The notes under the pieces were generated by a model, which worked only from the letters and a program-made list of their open reading frames with translations, did not search any database and was not told the DNA's origin. Shown one piece after another: positions 34,554-44,778 of a stretch of 53,347 bases of DNA. Each line of letters begins with the position of its first letter. Positions within the stretch are counted from its first letter, which is position 1. Both the position numbers and the translations under genes were made by a program. The DNA comes from Lentisphaeria bacterium (GTDB lineage Bacteria; Verrucomicrobiota; Lentisphaeria; JABSQK01; JAWLHB01). Location: positions 1 to 53,347 of the forward strand of contig JAWLHB010000054.1 of NCBI GenBank assembly GCA_041690595.1. The letters are read 5' to 3'.

Positions 34554-35777
34554 CTATGTGTGGTAGTCCGCGTTGATCTTCACGTAGTCGTAGGTCAGGT
34601 CGTTCGTCCACATGGTGAACTCCCCGTTGCTGACGCCCAGGTCGAGATCCACCCGGAACTGCCGCCGGTTGATCGCCGCCGTCTGCTGTTCCTCCGGCGT
34701 TCCCGCGTCCATGCCGCCTCGTACGATGGGTACTCCTTCGTAATCGAGGGAGACCCGCTGCCGGTTGATCTCCACGCCGCTGTAACCCGCCGCGCAGAGG
34801 ATTCGCCCCCAGTTCGGGTCCGCCCCGAACCAGGCTGTCTTGCAGAGGAGGGAGTTGGAGATCGCCTCTGCGCACAGCCGTGCTTCCGCCCGGCTCTTGG
34901 CCCCGCTCACATGCACCTCGACAAAGCGCGTCACCCCCTCGCCATCCATGACCATCTCCCGCGCAAGGTGGCTCGCCACCTCGTTGAAGAGCTTCTGGAA
35001 ACACTCCGCCTCGTAGGTACCCGCCCGGATCGGCGTCGTGCCCGACTGCCCGTTGGCCAGCGCGATGAAGGTGTCGTTCGTGCTCATGTCGCCATCGATG
35101 TTGATCCGGTTGAACGAGTAGTCCAGTGACTCGTTGAGGCAGGCCTGCAGCACCCCGGGCTCCAGCGCGGCATCCGTCGTCAGGTACGCCAGCATCGTCG
35201 CATGCGTCACCGGCTGCAGCTTCGGTGCGATCATTCCAGCGCCCTTGGTCATGCCGCCGATCGTCACCCGGCTTCCCTCCAACTCCATGCTCGCCGCGCA
35301 GCACTTCATCCGCGTATCCGTCGTCATGATCGCCCGCGCCGCATCCTTTCCTCCCTGCCGCGACAAGGCCTGCGCCGCCAGCATGATCCCGGACATCACC
35401 TTGTCCATGGGCATCGGTACCCCGATCCGGCCAGTCGACGAGACAAAGACCTCATCCTGGCTGATCTCCAGCGACTCCGCCACCTGTTGCGCCATCCGCA
35501 ATGCGTCCGTGGCTCCCTGTCGCCCCGTGCAGGCATTGGCATTGCCGCTGTTCACGATAATCGCCCGCACGCTCTTTGCCCGTTGCGCCAGCTCACGACA
35601 GTACTCCACCGGTGGCGCCGCAAACGCATTCGATGTGAAAGCCGCCGCGAACTGCGCCGGGGCTTCACTCACGATCAGCGCCATATCCGCGTTCCGACTC
35701 CGTTTGAGCCCTGCCACTACACCGGCCGCCAAAAAACCAGCCGGTGAACAGATATCTCCATCTTCCAGAAGCGCCAT
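34554..35777 (-). CDS. argJ: Bifunctional ornithine acetyltransferase/N-acetylglutamate synthase
   Basis: NSGNANACTG, STGRIG, AIMTTDT, KGAGMIAP, ATML, DGDMSTND, DGEGVT, DPNWGRI, YVKINADY. Confidence 0.95.
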   Translation of the reverse strand: MALLEDGDICSPAGFLAAGVVAGLKRSRNADMALIVSEAPAQFAAAFTSNAFAAPPVEYCRELAQRAKSVRAIIVNSGNANACTGRQGATDALRMAQQVAESLEISQDEVFVSSTGRIGVPMPMDKVMSGIMLAAQALSRQGGKDAARAIMTTDTRMKCCAASMELEGSRVTIGGMTKGAGMIAPKLQPVTHATMLAYLTTDAALEPGVLQACLNESLDYSFNRINIDGDMSTNDTFIALANGQSGTTPIRAGTYEAECFQKLFNEVASHLAREMVMDGEGVTRFVEVHVSGAKSRAEARLCAEAISNSLLCKTAWFGADPNWGRILCAAGYSGVEINRQRVSLDYEGVPIVRGGMDAGTPEEQQTAAINRRQFRVDLDLGVSNGEFTMWTNDLTYDYVKINADYHT

Positions 35778-35813
35778 AACCTGCTACCCTTGATTGAGCG
35801 TTCGCTCCGTTCC

Positions 35814-36842
35814 TCAGATGAGACCCGCGGTCTCGTCGAAGCCGCACGCGATATTGAAGCACTGCACCGCCTGTCCCGATCCACCTTTCGTCAGGTTGTC
35901 GATCGCCGAACTCAGGATCAGCCGTTTCGTCCGTGTATCCACTGCATAGCCGATCTCGCAGCGATTCGTGAAGGTCACGTGCTTGGTGTCCGCCAGCTCG
36001 CCCGGCGCCAGTACTCGCACAAACGGCTCCTTCCCGTACGCATCCCGCAGCGCCTTCTCCACCTCCAGAGGACTCAGGTCATCCCGCGACGCCTGCAGAA
36101 ATATCGTCGAATGAATGCCGCGGTTCACCGGCACCAGGTGCGGCACGAAGTTTACCGGCAGCTCTTTCAGCCCCGCCGCCTTCGCCAGTTCCTGCTCGAT
36201 CTCCGAAAGATGCCGATGCCCCGTGACCTTGTACGGCCGCATGCTTTCGTTGCACTCCGCGAAGAGCAGGGTCGCTTCGGCCTTGCGGCCTGCCCCCGAT
36301 ACCCCGCTCATGCTGCTGATGATGATCCCCTCCGGCCGCGCCAGACCCTTCTCCAGCATCACCGTCGTGGGCAGCAGGATGCTCGTCGGATAGCAACCCG
36401 GACAGGCGATCAGCGCCGCACTCCGGATCTGCTCACGGTTCCGCTCGGCCAAGCCATACACCGCCTTTGGCAACCATTCCGGCGCCGGATGCTCGCCATA
36501 GTAGCTCTTGTACACGTCTGGGCTGTCCAGTCGAAAATCCGCGCTGACGTCGATGACCCGTACGCCCCGCTCGGCCAGCGGCACGGCATACTCCGCGGCC
36601 AGGCCATGGGGCAGCGACATGAAGGCCACTTGCGCCTTACTCGCGATCTCCTCCACATCCGGCGCGGTAAAGGTCAACCCCGCCTCGTAATACCGCGGGA
36701 AGACTTCTCCGATTGTCTGTCCCGCATACGTGCGCGAGGTGATGCAAGTCAGCTCCGCATGAGGATGCGTCAACAGCAAGCGCACCAGTTCCTCCCCCAT
36801 GTACCCCGAGGCACCCACCACAGCGACAGCCACTTTCGACAT
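35814..36842 (-). CDS. argC: N-acetyl-gamma-glutamyl-phosphate reductase
   Basis: VGASGYMGEEL, D.SADFRL, PGCYPT, SGVSGAGRK, HRHLSEI, DNLTKG. Confidence 0.95.
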   Translation of the reverse strand: MSKVAVAVVGASGYMGEELVRLLLTHPHAELTCITSRTYAGQTIGEVFPRYYEAGLTFTAPDVEEIASKAQVAFMSLPHGLAAEYAVPLAERGVRVIDVSADFRLDSPDVYKSYYGEHPAPEWLPKAVYGLAERNREQIRSAALIACPGCYPTSILLPTTVMLEKGLARPEGIIISSMSGVSGAGRKAEATLLFAECNESMRPYKVTGHRHLSEIEQELAKAAGLKELPVNFVPHLVPVNRGIHSTIFLQASRDDLSPLEVEKALRDAYGKEPFVRVLAPGELADTKHVTFTNRCEIGYAVDTRTKRLILSSAIDNLTKGGSGQAVQCFNIACGFDETAGLI

Positions 36843-37018
36843 AACTCCACCTCTGTCAACAAGAAAATAAACGATGATTTCCCAACACCAACCACCCGAA
36901 AGGCAGTCCACATTATACCGCCACCTCCCCCCCCACGCAAGCCCCCGTCAGCACTGTCGCACAGACGATGCCGGCTTTCCCGGGAACGCCACTCGCCGGC
37001 CATGCTCGCCTGCCGGCT

Positions 37019-37795
37019 TCACTCGCTGGCGTAGCGGGCGCGGTAGTGGCTGGGGGTCATGTTGAAGCGTTGGCGGAAGAGGCGGCTGAAGTAGTAGGGG
37101 TTGTCGATACCGACGCGGGCGGCGATCTGCCGATTGGATTCCTGGTTCAGGCGCAGCAGATCGCAGGCGCAGCCGAGGCGTTTGCGGATCAGGTATTTCA
37201 CCGGCGATTCCCCCACCCACTGCACGAAGAGCTGGCGCAGGTAATCCGGATTGATGGAGAGTTCTGCCGCGACGCCGCCGATGGTGATCGGCTCGGCGAA
37301 GCGCGTGTCGAAGATCCGCCGCGCCGCGACGACAGGGTAGGGCGGTCGCGGCCCCTCCGCGTGGTGTCGATCAAGTTGTCGGCGCAGCTCCAGAACCAGC
37401 CATCCGCACAGCCAGTTCAGGCGTTCCTGGCGCCACTCGTCGTGGCGGTCCAGCTGCTCCCGAAGCTGGGTCAGCACGGAGCGGGTTGGCGCATCGGCCG
37501 GCCAGAGTCCCGCCTGCAGTTCGCCAGTGCGGCCACCGCTCACGCCGATGCAGATCTGCGAGCCGCCCGCCGCGCATTCATCTCCGTGGAGAATTCCCGG
37601 CTGGTAGACCGCCACATCGCCGTCTCCATAGGGGAGCCGTTCGTCACCCTGCGGCAGAATCCCCGTGCAGCCCCGGTACCAGATGATCTCCGTACACGCG
37701 TGGGTATGGAGGAAGCAGCTCTGGCCGCCGACCATCTGCAACTCCACCGCGAAGACGCAGGTTGGCGCGGCATGAGGAACCTCTGATTTGTGCAT
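37019..37795 (-). CDS. AraC-family transcriptional regulator
   Basis: N-terminal cupin H.H..EII; C-terminal PDYLRQLF..GESP, IAARVGIDNPYYFSRLFRQRFNMTPSHYR. Confidence 0.85.
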   Translation of the reverse strand: MHKSEVPHAAPTCVFAVELQMVGGQSCFLHTHACTEIIWYRGCTGILPQGDERLPYGDGDVAVYQPGILHGDECAAGGSQICIGVSGGRTGELQAGLWPADAPTRSVLTQLREQLDRHDEWRQERLNWLCGWLVLELRRQLDRHHAEGPRPPYPVVAARRIFDTRFAEPITIGGVAAELSINPDYLRQLFVQWVGESPVKYLIRKRLGCACDLLRLNQESNRQIAARVGIDNPYYFSRLFRQRFNMTPSHYRARYASE

Positions 37796-37918
37796 CAAGA
37801 AAACCCGCTTTCGTTCACTGTTCAACACGGAAAGGTAATTGTACCTTAGAATCAGCGGAAGGAAAAATGTAACTGTATCGCTGCTTCCGTGCAGCGCCAA
37901 CCTTCGGGAGAACTGGCC

Positions 37919-39022
37919 ATGACCCATCGCGAACGTATGGAAGCGGTTTTTCGTGGAGAGCGTCCCGATGCCATGGCGTGGTTCGGGGATATGACCTACT
38001 GGTACTCGGCGCATCGCCAGATCGGTGATCTGCCTCCCCGCTGGCAAGGAACCGACGGGCTCCACCAACTCCACCACGACCTCAACATCGGGGAATACAT
38101 CCCGGGCTGCCATGCCGGTGATACCGTTGAAGGTGACGGCGTACGGCATGAGGTCATCGAGCAGCAGGGCACCCTTGTCAACCGTTGGCACACCCCTGTT
38201 GGGGGTATCCAGGAAGTGCAGGTTTACGCCCCCGCCTCCTACTCCTGGGGCTATACCGAGCATGCCGTGAAGAATCTGGATGACCTGCGCGTCGTCCGCT
38301 ATCTCTACGAGCATCGCCGCTTTGTGCCGCGCCCCGAGGTTTATCTTCAGCTCGACCGCACCTATGCCCACCACGGCTTCGGGCCGGCGCACTATGGATC
38401 CCCGCCGACCCCCATCTCCGAGCTGAACAAGCACTGGATAGGGGTCATGGATCTCGCCTTTCTCATTGCCGACCAGCCACGGGAGATGCAGCTCACCCTC
38501 GACGCCATCCAGGCTTTCCACGACGACATCTACCACCAGATCGCCGCGGGGCCGCCCAGCTACGTCATGATCTGCGAGAATCTCTCCGCCGCCACCATGG
38601 GCAGTTACTTCGACACGTTCATCGCCCCTCATCTGCGCCGCTGGACGTCCTGGTTGCGTGATGCGGGCCACCGCACCTTCATTCACAACGACGGTACGCT
38701 CCGCGGCACCCTGGAGAAGCTCGCCGCCGTCGGTGTCGACTGTGTGGATTCCGTCGTCCCCAAGCCGGTCGGCGATGTTCCCATCTCCGAGCTTCGCGCC
38801 CTGGCGGGCGACCGCATCCTCCTGCTGGGCGGACTTCCCGGTGCCATCTTTGCGCCCCCTTTCACTGCCCGCGACATCGAGCGGCAGGTCATGGAGATCA
38901 TCCGCTGCCACAAGGAGAGCGGCACCTTCATGTTCGGTGTCGCCGATCAGGTACCACCGAATGGCGACCTTGACCTGGTTCGCCTCGTTGGCGAGCTCGT
39001 CGAAGAATTTGCACGCTACTGA
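37919..39022 (+). CDS. Uroporphyrinogen decarboxylase/cobalamin methyltransferase superfamily protein
   Basis: MTHRERM..VF.GERPD, WHTPVG, FIHNDG, LLGGLP, FGVADQVPP. Confidence 0.75.
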   Translation: MTHRERMEAVFRGERPDAMAWFGDMTYWYSAHRQIGDLPPRWQGTDGLHQLHHDLNIGEYIPGCHAGDTVEGDGVRHEVIEQQGTLVNRWHTPVGGIQEVQVYAPASYSWGYTEHAVKNLDDLRVVRYLYEHRRFVPRPEVYLQLDRTYAHHGFGPAHYGSPPTPISELNKHWIGVMDLAFLIADQPREMQLTLDAIQAFHDDIYHQIAAGPPSYVMICENLSAATMGSYFDTFIAPHLRRWTSWLRDAGHRTFIHNDGTLRGTLEKLAAVGVDCVDSVVPKPVGDVPISELRALAGDRILLLGGLPGAIFAPPFTARDIERQVMEIIRCHKESGTFMFGVADQVPPNGDLDLVRLVGELVEEFARY

Positions 39023-39049
39023 CCACCATCATCCGCACAGGAGTCTCCC

Positions 39050-40105
39050 ATGAACCACACGACCCAGGCCATCACCTTCACCGGTGTCAACCAGATTGAC
39101 GTCCGCACCTCCGAGCTTGGCCCCGTCGGCCCCACCGACATTCTCGTCCGCGTCCGCTACTCCATGGTCTCCTCCGGCACCGAGCTGCGCGTCCTGGCCG
39201 GACACTATGGCGCCAAGGAGAACTATCCGCTGGTCCCCGGCTACTCCACGGTCGGCGAAGTCATTGAAGTCGGCCCGGAAGCTCAGGGGTTCCGCGTCGG
39301 CGACCGCGTCTCCTGCCGCAATCCCAAAGCGCTGCCTGGTCTCAAGTCGCAGTGGGGTGGCCAGTCCAGCCTGCAGGTTCACATCACCAACGGCGAAGAT
39401 CGTCCCATCCTCCTCCCCCCCGACGCCGATTTGCTCGACTATGTCGCCGTCGAAATCTCCGCCATCAGTCTGCGCGGCGTTCAGGCCGCCGATCCGGCAC
39501 GCGGCGAAACCGCCGTCGTTCTGGGGCAGGGGCTCATCGGCTCCTTTGCCGCTGCCTGGCTCTCTGTACGCGGCTGCCGCGTCATCGTCGCCGACCTCGA
39601 GCCCGGCCGTCTCGAGCGCGCCCGCCGCTGGGCCGCCGCTACCGTCAACGCCGCCGATCCCGATGCCGAAGCCCGTCTGCGCATCCTCTGCAATGGCGGT
39701 GCCGACATTGTCGTCGAAAGCTCCGGCTCCACCAGAGGCGCGATGCTCGCGTACCAGCTCGTCCGGCGCAAACCCCAGAACTACAGCAAGGACTACAAGG
39801 TCGAGCCCATCACCTTCTACCATCGCGACTGGGCGCGCCTCGTCATGCAGGCCAACTACATCGAGCCCGTCACGATCGACCCCTTCTCCTTCTTTCCCGG
39901 CGAAGGGGTCACGATCCTCACCCCCAGCGATCGCGGTATCGAAGATCGCCAGAAAGCTGCCGACGAATTCCGCCGCGGCACCCTCCGCGCTGCCGACTTC
40001 GTCCAGAAGATCGTCCCCTTCAGCGAAGCTCCCGCCGCCTACGCCGCCCTGCGCGACGACAAGAACAGCAACTTCTCCCTGGTCTTCGACTGGGCCAGCG
40101 CCTGA
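39050..40105 (+). CDS. MDR-family (zinc-type alcohol dehydrogenase-like) oxidoreductase
   Basis: SMVSSGTE, YPLVPGYS.VGEV, VLGQGLIG, GADIVVESSG. Confidence 0.8.
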   Translation: MNHTTQAITFTGVNQIDVRTSELGPVGPTDILVRVRYSMVSSGTELRVLAGHYGAKENYPLVPGYSTVGEVIEVGPEAQGFRVGDRVSCRNPKALPGLKSQWGGQSSLQVHITNGEDRPILLPPDADLLDYVAVEISAISLRGVQAADPARGETAVVLGQGLIGSFAAAWLSVRGCRVIVADLEPGRLERARRWAAATVNAADPDAEARLRILCNGGADIVVESSGSTRGAMLAYQLVRRKPQNYSKDYKVEPITFYHRDWARLVMQANYIEPVTIDPFSFFPGEGVTILTPSDRGIEDRQKAADEFRRGTLRAADFVQKIVPFSEAPAAYAALRDDKNSNFSLVFDWASA

Positions 40106-40131
40106 CCTTCCACCCACTGGAGATCTTCCCC

Positions 40132-41178
40132 ATGACTATCCGTTGCGCCATCATTGGCTGCGGCCCGTCCACCCCCGGCAAGGGGGGCGCCCATTCCATC
40201 TCCTACGCCCACGCCTGGGCCATTGGCCGCATACCCGAGCTCCAGCTTGTCGCGGCCGCCAGTCGCACACCGGCGAACCTCGACGACTTCCGCGCCGAGT
40301 TCCCCGGATGCACCGGCTACCTGGACTATACCCAAATGCTCGAGCGCGAGGAGCCCCAGATCGTCGCCATCTGTGCCTATCCCCGCGACCGCGAAGCCAT
40401 GGTCAGTGCCGCCCTGGCGAACGGCGCCCAAGCCATCCTCATCGAGAAACCCATGGCGGCCAGTCTCGGCGCTGCCCGCCGCATCATGGCCGCTGCCGAC
40501 GCAGCCGGCTGCCGCCTCTTTGTTCATCATCAGCGCCGTTACGGCAAGCCCTTCGAGTGGTGGCGCGATGCCATCGCCGGCGGGGAGATCGGCGACCTCG
40601 AAAGCATCGACATCGCCCAGCCCTTCGACAACATCATGGGCTTCGGGCCCCACCTCGTCGATGCTGCCCTTTTTGCGCTCGGACCGCGGCGCCACCCCCT
40701 TCGCGTGGTTGCCGCCCTTGACATGGCTGAGCCCGGAAGCTTCCAGGGATTGCCCACCGAAAAGCACCTGCTCGCCAGCGTTCACTTCAACGATGGCATC
40801 CGCCTCACCATCGAGGCCGGCCGGAAAGTCTGTTCCCGCCTCCCCGTACTCCGGGCCAACGGCGCCTCCGGTTTTGCCGAACTGCGCATGGAACCCCTTG
40901 ACGGTGAAGGATCGGTCTTCCGCAAGCTCACCTCCGGCGGTGGCCTCGTCAGTCCATCCACCAACGAGCATTTCCACCACAGCGAGGACGGCACCCTCTA
41001 CGTCCACCGCGCCTGGGTTGACATTCATCACGCCCTCGCCACCGGCGCCGCCACCCGGATCGACGCCGTGGAAGCCTACCGCGGCCTTGAGATCATCATG
41101 GCGGCTTTCGAAGCTGGCCGCCTTGCCAAGCCCCTCGCCTTCCCCATCGCCCAGGAACTCTTTCCTCTCGACCTTTGA
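40132..41178 (+). CDS. Gfo/Idh/MocA-family oxidoreductase
   Basis: AIIGCG, YAHA, ILIEKPMA, HHQRRY, GPHLVD. Confidence 0.85.
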   Translation: MTIRCAIIGCGPSTPGKGGAHSISYAHAWAIGRIPELQLVAAASRTPANLDDFRAEFPGCTGYLDYTQMLEREEPQIVAICAYPRDREAMVSAALANGAQAILIEKPMAASLGAARRIMAAADAAGCRLFVHHQRRYGKPFEWWRDAIAGGEIGDLESIDIAQPFDNIMGFGPHLVDAALFALGPRRHPLRVVAALDMAEPGSFQGLPTEKHLLASVHFNDGIRLTIEAGRKVCSRLPVLRANGASGFAELRMEPLDGEGSVFRKLTSGGGLVSPSTNEHFHHSEDGTLYVHRAWVDIHHALATGAATRIDAVEAYRGLEIIMAAFEAGRLAKPLAFPIAQELFPLDL

Positions 41179-41197
41179 CATCCCAACGCTGAATCCA

Positions 41198-41240
41198 AGC
41201 GGCGGAGACCGTTGCTTTTCCGGCAGCGCTCTCCGCCGCT
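41198..41240 (+). terminator. Stem-loop after catabolic operon
   Basis: agcggcggaga...tctccgccgct inverted repeat; weak T-tail. Confidence 0.45.
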
Positions 41241-41362
41241 CAATTATTTCTGGTCCACGCTTGTAATGGATCCAGAATTGGAATTAACGTAGCGGCACTT
41301 TGAGGCGCGGAAATCACATCACTGCCGGTGCGTTGGCTCTGGCTATCTCGGGAGATTGAAAC

Positions 41363-42037
41363 ATGAGAATCCTTCAGTTGTGTTCGTCATTCATTGCCTT
41401 CATGGCATTCACTGCCTTCCTGCAGGCACAAGTGCTGGTCTACACCGGCTCCATACGTGGCAATCAGTATGGCGCGGAGCAGTCACAACAGATCAACGAC
41501 TCCGCCGTCCTCGTCATTGACGCTGCTCAAGGTCATTCGGCGTTGTTCGTCTATGGTAATCGCACTGGCGGCAAGTTTCAGCGCGACGCGATCATGCTCA
41601 ACTTTGGTTCCACAAACCTGATGAATCTGGGAAGTTCCGAGTCCATGTACGTTCCCGGCACGTTGGCCGGCACTCAGAAGCTCAATACCTTGTCGGGCGT
41701 TGCCTATATCCCTGACTACCTCCCGCTCCAGGATCGCCATTACCGCCTCCTTGTGCAAGGCGCGGCGCTGCCTTCGCCGGTCCAGATCGGCTTCGGTTCG
41801 GAGACCTTCGTCGTCTCCACACAGCTTGCCGGAAAAGTCATGGTCTACTCCGAACTGTATGAGTTGATCGCCTCGCACAATACTTTTCGTGGGCAGGCCA
41901 GCGCCACCTTCCGCCTTCATGTCCCACTCACCCTCGAGTTCAACAGCTCTGAATTCATCGAGGGTGACATAGAAGGTGCTTACTTTGAGGTCATGGAAAT
42001 CCTGGAAGATGCCGGTTTCCAGCCGGAGATTGACTGA
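41363..42037 (+). CDS. Secreted hypothetical protein (paralogue of next gene)
   Basis: Signal peptide ending LQA-Q; GGGAG SD; shares motifs with 42093-42740. Confidence 0.65.
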   Translation: MRILQLCSSFIAFMAFTAFLQAQVLVYTGSIRGNQYGAEQSQQINDSAVLVIDAAQGHSALFVYGNRTGGKFQRDAIMLNFGSTNLMNLGSSESMYVPGTLAGTQKLNTLSGVAYIPDYLPLQDRHYRLLVQGAALPSPVQIGFGSETFVVSTQLAGKVMVYSELYELIASHNTFRGQASATFRLHVPLTLEFNSSEFIEGDIEGAYFEVMEILEDAGFQPEID

Positions 42038-42092
42038 TTCTTGTTCCCTTGGTTTCCTTCCCTTTTTAATCCACAGTTCAGGAATTTTTCCA

Positions 42093-42740
42093 ATGAAACG
42101 CACGATCCTTTCCGTTTTTGCTCTCCTCGCCGTTACCGCGGCCCTGCATGCACAGACCATCGTCTATATCGGGAGCTCCAGCGGCGCTCTTCATGGCTTT
42201 GGCGGCTCCGATTCGATGAATCGCGGTGTCATCGTCATCCTCCCGCTCTTGAGCAGCGATCTCCACATCATCTTCTTTGGCGTCGATGATGGGGAGAAGA
42301 TTCAGCAGACCTTCAACATGTTGGAGTCCCAAAGTGGTGATCCGCAATTCCTTCAACTCAACGAGAGTTCCATCGACGTCATCGATGTCTCTCCGACGGC
42401 GGAAGCCCTTGCTGTAAATGGCCACATGGGCTACAACTTCCTCTCTGGATCCTGGCAGGCTCGCCTGCAACTGCTTGGCGCCTTCAGCCCCGGCGAAGTC
42501 GATCTCGGGCATGACATCCTCATGCATATCCCCATGACGCTTGCCGGCGATGGCCTGGTAGCCGAGATCGAGAATGGTGATCCCGCCAGCCATGCAGCCG
42601 GCACCATGGCCGTCAGCGCAGCCCTGAATCTCGCCTTCACCCGCCAGTTCAACAACAGCGAGATGAGCCCCTCCGAGGTCGTCACCTACCTCGAAGATCT
42701 CCTCTTCGAAACGTACGGTTACGACTTCGTGGAAGACTAA
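42093..42740 (+). CDS. Secreted hypothetical protein (paralogue of previous gene)
   Basis: MKRTILSVFALLAVTAALHA-Q signal peptide; acidic mature part. Confidence 0.65.
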   Translation: MKRTILSVFALLAVTAALHAQTIVYIGSSSGALHGFGGSDSMNRGVIVILPLLSSDLHIIFFGVDDGEKIQQTFNMLESQSGDPQFLQLNESSIDVIDVSPTAEALAVNGHMGYNFLSGSWQARLQLLGAFSPGEVDLGHDILMHIPMTLAGDGLVAEIENGDPASHAAGTMAVSAALNLAFTRQFNNSEMSPSEVVTYLEDLLFETYGYDFVED

Positions 42741-42745
42741 TCGTG

Positions 42746-42777
42746 TGTGGGGAGTGCCCGCCCGGGCACTCCCCACA
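42746..42777. terminator. Strong stem-loop after secreted paralogues
   Basis: tgtggggagtgcccg/cgggcactccccaca perfect inverted repeat immediately after the stop. Confidence 0.65.
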
Positions 42778-43030
42778 TGTATCCGTTCTGGGCTGCGCGG
42801 AAAGTCGGACGGGGTCAGACGGGGCGGACGGGTCAGACTGACCTGCTGCGCCTGGGTGAGCTCATAGCGTCGACTTCGCTTCGCGCGCGCGAACCTTATA
42901 GTTGTGGGGCTGCTTGGGGGGGATGGAGGTCGGGGAAAAGTGGGTGAATGGCTTGATCTGGGGGGGGAGATGGCCTATTCTGCTGCGGTGATGCGGTCGT
43001 AGTTCATCCACTTCCTTTCTGGGGCAGGAC

Positions 43031-44668
43031 ATGCGCGTTGAGGACTTTCCCAATGTCTGGGGCGAGGGGCAGTTGCTCGCTTTCTCGGGTGTCGATGGCG
43101 GCACCTCGTGGTTCGAACCCTTTGTCCTGCACACTGCCGCGGAACCGGGAAACCTCCGCCTCAAGCTTCCGGTCGACCTTCCAGTCGTCTTCACCGGTCT
43201 GGGTAATCTTGACTTCACCTGCGTGACCGGCGATGCGATTGTCGCCGACACGTACAGGGCTGCCTTCGCCGATCATCGCACCCTGATCGGGACGCTGCCG
43301 ACTGGTGCCGTCATGCGGGTGGGGGAGACGGAGATCGATCCGCGCTGCACGATCTGGTCCGATGACGACGACTACCTGATGGCCGGTTGTCAGGATGGCT
43401 GCTGGTTCATCGCGCGGCGCCGCACGGGCGAGCCGCTGGTGCTGACCGCGACGGTGGCGGACGTGGTGAAGGCGCGCCTCGCTTACCTTCGTGATCTACC
43501 CCTGCCGCCCGCGCTCGATGGCGCGGCGCGTCGCCTGCTGCGCAAGGCTATCTCTGTTGCGAAGGTCAATGTGGAAGCTCCTTCCGGTTGCATCCCGCGG
43601 CGATGGTCGACCCCCGATCGGTGGCCGCACCGTCACATGTGGCTATGGGATTCCGCCTTCCATGCAGTCGGCATGAGCCATTACAATCTGCCACTTGCCC
43701 AGGACATCCTCCTGGCGATGCTCGAACGCGTCGCCGATTCGGGGCAGCTGCCGCACATGACCCATCCGGGCGGCGCCGCCTCCGCCGTCACCCAGCCACC
43801 CCTCCTGGCGTGGGCAACGCTCAGCCTTCTGGAGCGGGGAGCCGACCTTCAGTGGGCCGAGCAGTGCCGCCCCTATCTGCACACCTACCTCGAATGGGAT
43901 CGCCTGAATCGCGACCGCAACGGCAATGGTATTCCGGAGTGGTACATCGAGGGGCAGCCTCTTTGCCGTTGCGGCGAGTCCGGGCTCGACAACTCGCCCG
44001 TCTACGATGGGGCCATCCTCCTCGACGCGCCGGATTTCGGTGCTTTCCTCGCCCATGATTACGCCTGCCTTGCGACCATCGCGGAGCGCACCGGCGATCC
44101 GGGGCTCGCCGCCCGCGCTCAGGAGGTGGCCGGCCGCATCGGCGACAAGGTGCGCGATCTCCTCTGGTGGCCAGAGCGTGAGCTTTTCTTTCACCGTGAT
44201 TTCGATGGCAATTTCGTCGACAGTGAAGCGATCTCCGGTTTCATGCCCTTGTTCGCGGGCGTTGCCACCGCTGAACAGGCTGCCGCTCTGGTGCGGCACC
44301 TGGAGAATCCCGCCACCTTCGGCGCCCCCGTACCCGTGCCCACCATGTCGCTTCGTTCCGGCACCTACAGCAAGGACATGTGGCGCGGCCCCAGCTGGAT
44401 GAATCTGAACTACCTGATCTACCTCGGTCTGCGCCGCTACAACTACCATGATCAAGCCGCGCGCCTGCGCGCCCGCATGCTCGAGACGATTGGCCACTGG
44501 TACGAAGAGACCGGGTGCATCTGGGAATACTACGACTCGCTGGGCCATACCGCTCCTGGCAGGCTCGACCGCAAGCAGCGCCTCATCTCCGGCTCCGGCA
44601 TCGGTCCCATCAGCGACTATCACTGGACCGCGGCCGTCACCGCCGCGCTCCTCTTCGACGCTCACTGA
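43031..44668 (+). CDS. MGH1/GH63-like (alpha/alpha)6 glycoside hydrolase
   Basis: MWLWDSAFHAVG, TQPPLLAW, ESGLDNSP, MWRGPSWMNLNY, IWEYYD. Confidence 0.8.
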   Translation: MRVEDFPNVWGEGQLLAFSGVDGGTSWFEPFVLHTAAEPGNLRLKLPVDLPVVFTGLGNLDFTCVTGDAIVADTYRAAFADHRTLIGTLPTGAVMRVGETEIDPRCTIWSDDDDYLMAGCQDGCWFIARRRTGEPLVLTATVADVVKARLAYLRDLPLPPALDGAARRLLRKAISVAKVNVEAPSGCIPRRWSTPDRWPHRHMWLWDSAFHAVGMSHYNLPLAQDILLAMLERVADSGQLPHMTHPGGAASAVTQPPLLAWATLSLLERGADLQWAEQCRPYLHTYLEWDRLNRDRNGNGIPEWYIEGQPLCRCGESGLDNSPVYDGAILLDAPDFGAFLAHDYACLATIAERTGDPGLAARAQEVAGRIGDKVRDLLWWPERELFFHRDFDGNFVDSEAISGFMPLFAGVATAEQAAALVRHLENPATFGAPVPVPTMSLRSGTYSKDMWRGPSWMNLNYLIYLGLRRYNYHDQAARLRARMLETIGHWYEETGCIWEYYDSLGHTAPGRLDRKQRLISGSGIGPISDYHWTAAVTAALLFDAH

Positions 44669-44778
44669 AGCGTCAGTCGCCGCTAAGGCCATGAAGTCAG
44701 CAAGATTCGGGTCGCGCCGGATCGTCATTGGCTCTATACTTCTGTAGTCTTCACCCTCTTTTCCGCGGGAACCGCCCC

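Noticed and set aside
37796..40131. Long N-terminal extensions of the AraC (630 aa) and Gfo (608 aa) ORFs suggesting fusions
   Set aside because: The extensions overlap well-supported neighbouring genes and lack motifs
42800..42845. Short repeats cggacgggg/tcagac
   Set aside because: About four degenerate 9-mers; no evidence for function or an array
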